A stretch of DNA of 24,165 bases from a virus. Its lineage: Duplodnaviria; Heunggongvirae; Uroviricota; Caudoviricetes. Numbering within the stretch: position 1 is the stretch's first letter; every line of letters begins with the position of its first letter. The stretch lies in the IMG/VR virus record IMGVR_UViG_648276649_000003; one strand, written 5' to 3'. The notes below the pieces were generated by a model that was not told where the DNA came from, ran no database searches, and saw nothing but the letters and a program-made list of their open reading frames with translations. The position numbers and the translations under genes are program-made. This document shows, one piece after another, positions 18,290 through 24,165 of this stretch.

Positions 18290-18720
18290 GTTGTTGGGGA
18301 TAACCAGATTAACCGAATCCTTGTTGTTGGGGAATAACTAGGTCCACCTCGCCTGATGTGGCTAAAAGCAGGCACATAACAGCTAAGTATTTTCAACCAG
18401 AGAGAATCCTTAGCGTTGTGGTGAATGCGGCTCAGCGCACGCGGGTTAAGGTTGAGGCTGACAGTCGACCTTCTGTGGATACCCACCCGCCTGGTGTGCA
18501 ACCTTCGCCAGGCACCGGGAGGCACCCGGCACCACAACTTTATGCTGTGTGTAGTCTTGGCGGTACCAGCTTGTACCCTTGCTTCCGGCTGGTACCGTCC
18601 TTTTTACAAAACAGAGAAGAGCATCACCGGACGACGGGCTCATAACCCAATCCATCCGGGCGGCAGTCACCGCAGGTGTTCTTCTCTGTTTTGTGGAGAA
18701 ACTAACCGACCTTGCAGGGT
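18290..18720. other. GC-rich structured non-coding island (candidate regulatory RNA or leader)
   Basis: About 430 bp with only short mutually overlapping ORFs; many perfect hairpins, including a 10-bp stem and a 13-14-bp long-range stem; direct repeat GTTGTTGGGGA(A)TAA at 18283-18296 and 18314-18328. Confidence 0.4.
18561..18605 (+). terminator. Intrinsic-terminator-like hairpin (CGGTACCAGC / GCTGGTACCG, 17-nt loop) followed by TTTTT
   Basis: Perfect 10-bp stem at 18561-18570 and 18588-18597, then T5 at 18601-18605, on the strand of the early-left genes. Confidence 0.55.
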
Positions 18721-18742
18721 CGATATGATGAGGAGCAGCAAA

Positions 18743-19105
18743 ATGGCTAGCGAACGCAGTACTGATGTGCAGGCATTTATCGGGGAGCTGGACGGCGGCG
18801 TATTTGAAACCAAAATCGGCGCAGTTCTCAGTGAAGTCGCTTCCGGTGTGATGAACACGAAAACCAAAGGTAAGGTCTCGCTCAACCTGGAAATCGAACC
18901 GTTTGATGAGAACCGAGTGAAAATCAAACACAAACTCTCATATGTTCGCCCGACTAACCGCGGGAAAATTTCCGAAGAAGACACCACCGAAACGCCGATG
19001 TATGTCAATCGCGGTGGTCGCCTGACTATTCTGCAGGAAGACCAGGGACAGTTACTGACTCTTGCCGGTGAACCTGACGGAAAACTCCGCGCAGCAGGTC
19101 GTTAA
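18743..19105 (+). CDS. Hypothetical phage protein (CPS-53 YfdP-like by size and position)
   Basis: ATG at 18743 preceded by GAGGAG; 120 aa; the ORF-track start at 18425 is a 5' extension into the structured region and is rejected. Confidence 0.55.
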   Translation: MASERSTDVQAFIGELDGGVFETKIGAVLSEVASGVMNTKTKGKVSLNLEIEPFDENRVKIKHKLSYVRPTNRGKISEEDTTETPMYVNRGGRLTILQEDQGQLLTLAGEPDGKLRAAGR

Positions 19106-19170
19106 TATCGTTTTTAATTAACTGATTATTTATCTCATCACTGAATATCTTTATATAGTGAGGACTTATT

Positions 19171-19995
19171 ATGTCTCAGAACTTAGACGCAACCGCAATT
19201 AATCAAATCCATGCCCTTATTTCTGCTCAGGGTGTTAATGAAATTATCAGTAAGATTGGTGCCGATGCTGTGGCATTGCCTGAGAATTTCCGCATTCATG
19301 ATCTGGAAAAATTTAATTTAAATCGCTTCCGTTTCCGTGGTGCGCTTTCCACTGCCAGCATCGATGACTTTACCCGTTATTCTAAAGATCTTGCAGATGA
19401 AGGCACCCGCTGCTTTATCGATGCTGATAATATGCGTGCCGTCAGTGTGCTTAACCTGGGTACTATTGATGAACCAGGTCACGCAGATAACACCGCCACA
19501 CTCAAACTGAAAAAGACAGCACCGTTCTCTGCTCTGTTGTCTGTTAACGGCGAGCGTAACTCCCAGAAGTCACTGGCAGAATGGATTGAAGACTGGGCCG
19601 ACTATCTTGTGGGCTTTGATGCTAATGGTGACGCTATTCAGGCAACAAAAACGGCTGCGGCTGTCCGTAAAATCACGATTGAAGCAAACCAGACCGCTGA
19701 TTTTGAAGATAATGACTTCAGCGGCAAACGCTCCCTGATGGAGTCTGTCGAAGCGAAGACCAAAGACATTATGCCAGTGGCATTTGAATTTAAATGCGTT
19801 CCGTTTGAAGGTCTGAAAGAACGTCCGTTTAAATTACGCCTCAGTATTATCACTGGCGATCGTCCTGTACTGGTTCTACGCATTATTCAGCTGGAGGCGG
19901 TGCAGGAAGAAATGGCTAACGAATTTCGTGATCTGCTTGTTGAGAAATTCAAGGACAGCAAAGTAGAAACCTTTATTGGTACTTTCACCGCCTGA
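19171..19995 (+). CDS. yfdQ: DUF2303-type protein, YfdQ-like
   Basis: 274 aa; N-terminus [21 protein letters not shown]...; size and order match the CPS-53 yfdPQRST block as I recall it. Confidence 0.6.
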   Translation: MSQNLDATAINQIHALISAQGVNEIISKIGADAVALPENFRIHDLEKFNLNRFRFRGALSTASIDDFTRYSKDLADEGTRCFIDADNMRAVSVLNLGTIDEPGHADNTATLKLKKTAPFSALLSVNGERNSQKSLAEWIEDWADYLVGFDANGDAIQATKTAAAVRKITIEANQTADFEDNDFSGKRSLMESVEAKTKDIMPVAFEFKCVPFEGLKERPFKLRLSIITGDRPVLVLRIIQLEAVQEEMANEFRDLLVEKFKDSKVETFIGTFTA

Positions 19996-20122
19996 TTTCA
20001 TTACTGCAAATGCCCCTGCGGGGGCATTTATGGAAACGTAATTTACTCAATAATCGCCGGATGGTGAGGGATTCTTTTTACCAGAATTCAGCGCGGTGCA
20101 GCGCATATACGTGGAGAACAAA

Positions 20123-20659
20123 ATGTCATTTATTAAAACTTTTTCCGGGAAGCATTTTTATTATGACAGGATAAATAAAGACGACATCGATATTAACGAT
20201 ATCGCGGTTTCCCTTTCAAATATCTGTCGCTTTGCCGGTCATCTTTCGCACTTCTACAGCGTCGCCCAACATGCGGTTCTTTGCAGCCAGCTGGTGCCGC
20301 AGGAATTTGCTTTTGAAGCGTTAATGCATGATGCAACAGAAGCGTATTGCCAGGACATTCCCGCACCACTGAAACGCCTTCTTCCTGACTATAAACAAAT
20401 GGAAGAAAAAATAGACGCCGTAATCCGTGAGAAATACGGGTTACCCCCAGTTATGAGTACGCCCGTGAAATATGCCGATCTCATCATGCTGGCAACCGAA
20501 CGCCGCGATCTCGGGCTTGATGATGGCTCTTTCTGGCCTGTACTGGAAGGTATCCCGGCAACAGAGATGTTCAACGTGATTCCACTGGCTCCGGGCCATG
20601 CCTACGGGATGTTTATGGAACGCTTTAACGAGTTATCGGAGTTACGCAAATGCGCATGA
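20123..20659 (+). CDS. yfdR: HD-domain phosphohydrolase, YfdR-like (YfbR-type 5'-deoxynucleotidase fold)
   Basis: HD signature (H...H...HDATEAY); start chosen at MSFIKTF (178 aa) inside ORF 20096..20659. Confidence 0.65.
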   Translation: MSFIKTFSGKHFYYDRINKDDIDINDIAVSLSNICRFAGHLSHFYSVAQHAVLCSQLVPQEFAFEALMHDATEAYCQDIPAPLKRLLPDYKQMEEKIDAVIREKYGLPPVMSTPVKYADLIMLATERRDLGLDDGSFWPVLEGIPATEMFNVIPLAPGHAYGMFMERFNELSELRKCA

Positions 20660-21012
20660 ATGTTTTCGAAATGGAAGGGTTTCTTCGTGGGAGATGTGTA
20701 CCGCGAGATCTGAAAGTAAATGAAACAGATGCTGAATACCTAGTGCGTAAATTCGATGCGCTTGAAGCTAAATGTGCAGCACAGGAAAACAAAGTAATAC
20801 CAGTGTCAACTGAACTGCCACCAGCAAATGAAAGTGTTTTGTTATTCGATGCTAACGGAGAAGGCTGGCTAATTGGCTGGCGTTCTCTCTGGTACACCTG
20901 GGGACAAAAAGAAACCGGAGAATGGCAGTGGACATTTCAGGTCGGGGACCTTGAAAACGTCAATATCACTCACTGGGCAGTAATGCCAAAAGCACCGGAG
21001 GCTGGAGCATAA
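20650..21012 (+). CDS. yfdS: Hypothetical protein, YfdS-like (120 aa)
   Basis: Size and synteny; overlaps neighbouring genes, consistent with translational coupling. Confidence 0.5.
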   Translation: MRMNVFEMEGFLRGRCVPRDLKVNETDAEYLVRKFDALEAKCAAQENKVIPVSTELPPANESVLLFDANGEGWLIGWRSLWYTWGQKETGEWQWTFQVGDLENVNITHWAVMPKAPEAGA

Positions 21013-21317
21013 TGACCACTTTTACCGACAAAGAACTGATTAAAGAAATTAAAGAGCGTATCAGCAGCCTTGACGTGCGAGACGATATTGAGCGCCGTGC
21101 TTATGAAATCGCACTCCTATCTCTGGAAGTAGAACCAGATGAACGCGAAGCTTATGAATTATTCATGGAAAAGCGTTTCGGTGACTTAGTAGATCGTCGG
21201 AGAGCAAAAAACGGCGATAACGAATACATGGCATGGGATATGACTCTCGGTTGGATCGTCTGGCAGCAACGAGCTGGTATCCATTTTTCAACAATGTCAC
21301 AGCAAGAGGTGAAATAA
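21012..21317 (+). CDS. yfdT: Hypothetical protein, YfdT-like (101 aa)
   Basis: Size and synteny; its stop overlaps the xis start (TAATG). Confidence 0.5.
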   Translation: MTTFTDKELIKEIKERISSLDVRDDIERRAYEIALLSLEVEPDEREAYELFMEKRFGDLVDRRRAKNGDNEYMAWDMTLGWIVWQQRAGIHFSTMSQQEVK

Positions 21318-21667
21318 TGGAGCCATACAGCCTCACACTCGATGAGGCCTGTCATTTTCTCAAGATATCCAGACCGACTGCCATTAACTGGATACGCACA
21401 GGGCGTCTTCAGGCAACACGCAAAGATCCCACTAAGAATAAATCTCCTTACCTCACAACACGACAAGCCTGCATTGCGGCTCTTCAGTCTCCGCTGCATA
21501 CTGTCCAGGTGAGCGCGGGTGATGGCATAACAGAGGAAAGAAAATGTCACTCTTCCGCAGAGGTGAAATATGGTACGCCAGTTTCACATTGCCGAACGGT
21601 AAAAGATTTAAACAGTCTCTTGGAACAAAGGACAAAAGGCAGGCGACAGAACTCCATGACAAGCTAA
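21317..21667 (+). CDS. xis: Excisionase (Xis, AlpA/e14 XisE-like HTH); 3' end uncertain
   Basis: [36 protein letters not shown] is an excisionase-type winged helix; the frame stays open to 21667 and so overlaps the int start by about 120 nt. Confidence 0.6.
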   Translation: MEPYSLTLDEACHFLKISRPTAINWIRTGRLQATRKDPTKNKSPYLTTRQACIAALQSPLHTVQVSAGDGITEERKCHSSAEVKYGTPVSHCRTVKDLNSLLEQRTKGRRQNSMTS

Positions 21668-22707
21668 AGGCTGAAGCATGGCGGGTCAGCAAACTTGGTG
21701 AAATACCTGATATAACGTTCGAGGAAGCGTGTGTCAGGTGGCTTGAAGAGAAAGCACATAAAAAATCACTGGACGATGACAAAAGCCGGATCGGATTCTG
21801 GCTTCAACATTTCGCAGGAATGCAACTAAGAGACATTACTGAATCAAAAATTTATTCAGCAATGCATAAAATGACGAACCGGCGTCATGAGGAAAACTGG
21901 AAACTCAGGGCAGAAGCATGCAGAAAAAAAGGGAAACCTGTTCCAGAATACACGCCAAAACCAGCGTCCGTTGCAACGAAGGCTACGCATCTTTCATTTA
22001 TAAAGGCCCTACTAAGAGCCGCAGAGCGTGAATGGAAAATGCTGGATAAGGCACCAATTATTAAAGTGCCCCAACCAAAGAATAAACGGATCCGCTGGCT
22101 GGAGCCCCATGAAGCACAAAGGCTGATTGATGAATGTCCGGAGCCATTAAAGTCTGTTGTTGAATTTGCACTGGCAACAGGCCTAAGACGCTCGAACATC
22201 ATCAACCTTGAATGGCAACAAATAGATATGCAGCGCCGGGTGGCATGGATAAACCCGGAAGAGAGTAAATCAAACCGCGCAATTGGCGTTGCGCTGAATG
22301 ATACTGCATGTCGCGTATTGAAAAAACAAATCGGGAATCATCACCGTTGGGTATTTGTGTACAAGGAAAGCTGTACCAAACCAGACGGAACGAAAGCGCC
22401 AACAGTCAGGAAGATGCGGTATGACGCAAACACAGCCTGGAAAGCGGCGCTGAGACGGGCTGGTATTGATGATTTCAGATTTCACGACTTGAGACACACC
22501 TGGGCAAGTTGGCTGGTTCAAGCCGGAGTCCCGTTGTCAGTGTTACAGGAAATGGGAGGCTGGGAGTCTATCGAAATGGTTCGTCGATATGCTCACCTTG
22601 CACCTAATCACCTTACCGAACACGCACGGCAAATAGACTCGATCCTGAACCCATCGGTCCCAAATTTGTCCCAGTCAAAAAATAAGGAAGGTACTAATGA
22701 TGTGTAA
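21544..22707 (+). CDS. int: Tyrosine-recombinase phage integrase (lambda/e14 IntE-like)
   Basis: 387 aa; N-terminus [21 protein letters not shown]; catalytic-domain motifs (...[11 protein letters not shown]...VRRYAHL); stop is 15 bp from the tRNA 3' end. Confidence 0.9.
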   Translation: MSLFRRGEIWYASFTLPNGKRFKQSLGTKDKRQATELHDKLKAEAWRVSKLGEIPDITFEEACVRWLEEKAHKKSLDDDKSRIGFWLQHFAGMQLRDITESKIYSAMHKMTNRRHEENWKLRAEACRKKGKPVPEYTPKPASVATKATHLSFIKALLRAAEREWKMLDKAPIIKVPQPKNKRIRWLEPHEAQRLIDECPEPLKSVVEFALATGLRRSNIINLEWQQIDMQRRVAWINPEESKSNRAIGVALNDTACRVLKKQIGNHHRWVFVYKESCTKPDGTKAPTVRKMRYDANTAWKAALRRAGIDDFRFHDLRHTWASWLVQAGVPLSVLQEMGGWESIEMVRRYAHLAPNHLTEHARQIDSILNPSVPNLSQSKNKEGTNDV

Positions 22708-22721
22708 CTTATTGATTTAAA

Positions 22722-22797
22722 TGGTGCCGATAATAGGAGTCGAACCTACGACCTTCGCATTACGAATGCGCTGCTCTACCAACTGAGCTATATCGGC
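22722..22797 (-). tRNA. thrW: tRNA-Thr (anticodon CGU)
   Basis: Reverse complement reads GCCGATATAGCTCAGTTGGTAGAGCAGCGCATTCGTAATGCGAAGGTCGTAGGTTCGACTCCTATTATCGGCACCA: cloverleaf with anticodon loop TTCGTAA and encoded CCA. Confidence 0.9.
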
Positions 22798-22911
22798 CCT
22801 GAAAGGACATGTTCACGAACGTGAATCACGGTGGACAAGGTTAAAACTAACCGGGCGATGCGTCAATGGCCTTGTGAATCAAATGGCTACTTTTGCATCA
22901 CCCGGTTTTAT

Positions 22912-24165
22912 TTACGCACGAATGGTGTAATCACCAATGCCGATCCACTTGTAAGTGGTCAGTGCTTCCAGCCCCATTGGGCCACGCGCGTGGAGTTTTT
23001 GTGTGCTTACCGCCACTTCCGCACCCAGACCAAACTGGCCGCCGTCGGTAAAACGCGTAGAGGCGTTAACGTAAACAGCGGACGAATCCACTTCGTTAAC
23101 AAAACGCTGGGCGTTGCGCATATCGCGGGTCAGGATCGCATCGGAGTGTTGTGTGCCGTGTTCACGAATATGGGCGATGGCATCGTCAAGATCGCTGACG
23201 ATTTTGACGTTCAAATCTAATGACAGAAACTCATCGTCATACTCTTCGGCTTTAACAGCAACCACCTTCGCAGGGCCTGCCTGCAACTGCGCCAGTGCAG
23301 CTGCATCTGCGTGTAATGTCACGCCGCTTTCCGCCATTTGTTTGCTTAATGCGGGCAGGAAGCTATCGGCGATGTTTTTATTCACCAGCAACGTTTCAAC
23401 CGTATTACATGTGCTCGGACGCTGAGTTTTCGCGTTGACGATCACTTTTAATGCTTCAGCGATCTCTACACTTTCATCAACGTAAATATGGCATACGCCT
23501 ATACCACCTGTGATCACCGGGATTGTCGACTGTTCACGGCACAGTTTATGCAAACCAGCGCCACCACGCGGGATCAGCATGTCGATGTATTTATCCATAC
23601 GCAGCATTTCACTGACCAGCGCACGGTCAGGATTATCAATCGCCTGCACGGCACCCGCCGGTAAGCCGCAGGATTTCAGGGCGTCCTGAATCACCGCCAC
23701 CGTTGCAGCGTTAGTGCGACACGTTTCTTTGCCACCGCGCAGGATCACCGCATTACCGGTTTTCAGGCACAGCGAAGCGACATCAACCGTCACGTTCGGG
23801 CGCGCTTCATAAATCACGCCAATAACCCCCAGCGGTACGCGACGACGCTCAAGACGCAGGCCGCTGTCCAGTACGCTGCCATCGATTACCTGCCCCACCG
23901 GATCGGCGAGGTTACACACCTGGCGCACATCATCGGCAATGCCTTTCAGCCGTGCGGGCGTCAGTGCCAGACGGTCAAGCATCGCTTCGCCAAGGCCATT
24001 GGCACGCGCGTCAGCAACATCCTGGGCGTTAGCGTTGAGGATGATTTCGCTTTGTGCTTCCAGTTCATCGGCGATTTTTTCCAGCACGCGATTTTTTTCG
24101 CGGCTGGAGAGTTGCGCTAATTTATACGAGGCTTGCTTCGCGGCAATGCCCATTTGTTCCAGCAT
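22912..24165 (-). CDS. proA: Gamma-glutamyl phosphate reductase
   Basis: 417-aa product ([38 protein letters not shown]...) recognisable as enterobacterial ProA; the start codon coincides with the window end. Confidence 0.95.
   Translation of the reverse strand: MLEQMGIAAKQASYKLAQLSSREKNRVLEKIADELEAQSEIILNANAQDVADARANGLGEAMLDRLALTPARLKGIADDVRQVCNLADPVGQVIDGSVLDSGLRLERRRVPLGVIGVIYEARPNVTVDVASLCLKTGNAVILRGGKETCRTNAATVAVIQDALKSCGLPAGAVQAIDNPDRALVSEMLRMDKYIDMLIPRGGAGLHKLCREQSTIPVITGGIGVCHIYVDESVEIAEALKVIVNAKTQRPSTCNTVETLLVNKNIADSFLPALSKQMAESGVTLHADAAALAQLQAGPAKVVAVKAEEYDDEFLSLDLNVKIVSDLDDAIAHIREHGTQHSDAILTRDMRNAQRFVNEVDSSAVYVNASTRFTDGGQFGLGAEVAVSTQKLHARGPMGLEALTTYKWIGIGDYTIRA

Noticed and set aside
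18275-18742. Retron msr-msd or type I toxin (Hok-like) locus in the structured non-coding island
   Set aside because: No reverse transcriptase ORF adjoins it on either strand, and no short hydrophobic Hok/Ldr-like peptide ORF was seen; the long inverted repeats fit terminator or regulatory hairpins better.
18425-19105. Long 226-aa form of the yfdP-like ORF starting at 18425
   Set aside because: The N-terminal 100 codons run through the GC-rich hairpin region with an Arg/Leu-rich translation and no ribosome-binding site; the in-frame ATG at 18743 has a GAGGAG Shine-Dalgarno and gives the expected 120-aa product.
22831-23425. ORFs 22831..23220(+) and 23114..23425(+) overlapping proA
   Set aside because: They are antisense to the highly conserved proA coding sequence; shadow ORFs.

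Overview
This window reads as an Escherichia/Shigella-type chromosome segment: proA and tRNA-Thr(CGU) (thrW) at the right edge, with a mosaic, clearly defective prophage integrated next to the tRNA. Calls rest on reading the supplied ORF translations and the raw sequence by eye; no database search was run, and derived coordinates may be off by 1-2 bp. From right to left the prophage carries: integrase and excisionase; a yfdPQRST-like early-left module (CPS-53-like); a GC-rich structured non-coding island; a convergent pair of small AT-rich genes; a cI/cro immunity switch with operator repeats on both sides of cI; a replication gene with embedded iteron-like repeats; a nin-like region (PerC-like, Dam-like methyltransferase, LexA-DNA-binding-domain-only protein, rusA remnant); a deletion scar that removed head, packaging and most tail genes; a Mu/e14-like baseplate block; and a Pin-controlled invertible tail-fibre segment. 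Left of pin is a cargo region with a GIY-YIG nuclease-domain gene bracketed by direct hairpin repeats and a FlxA-like gene, then an IS66-family insertion with an 8-bp target duplication. The second att copy is not in the window, so the prophage probably extends past the left edge. The most promising candidate for something undescribed is the GIY-YIG cargo cassette in the pin-adjacent slot, followed by the structured non-coding island and the LexA-domain-only protein.
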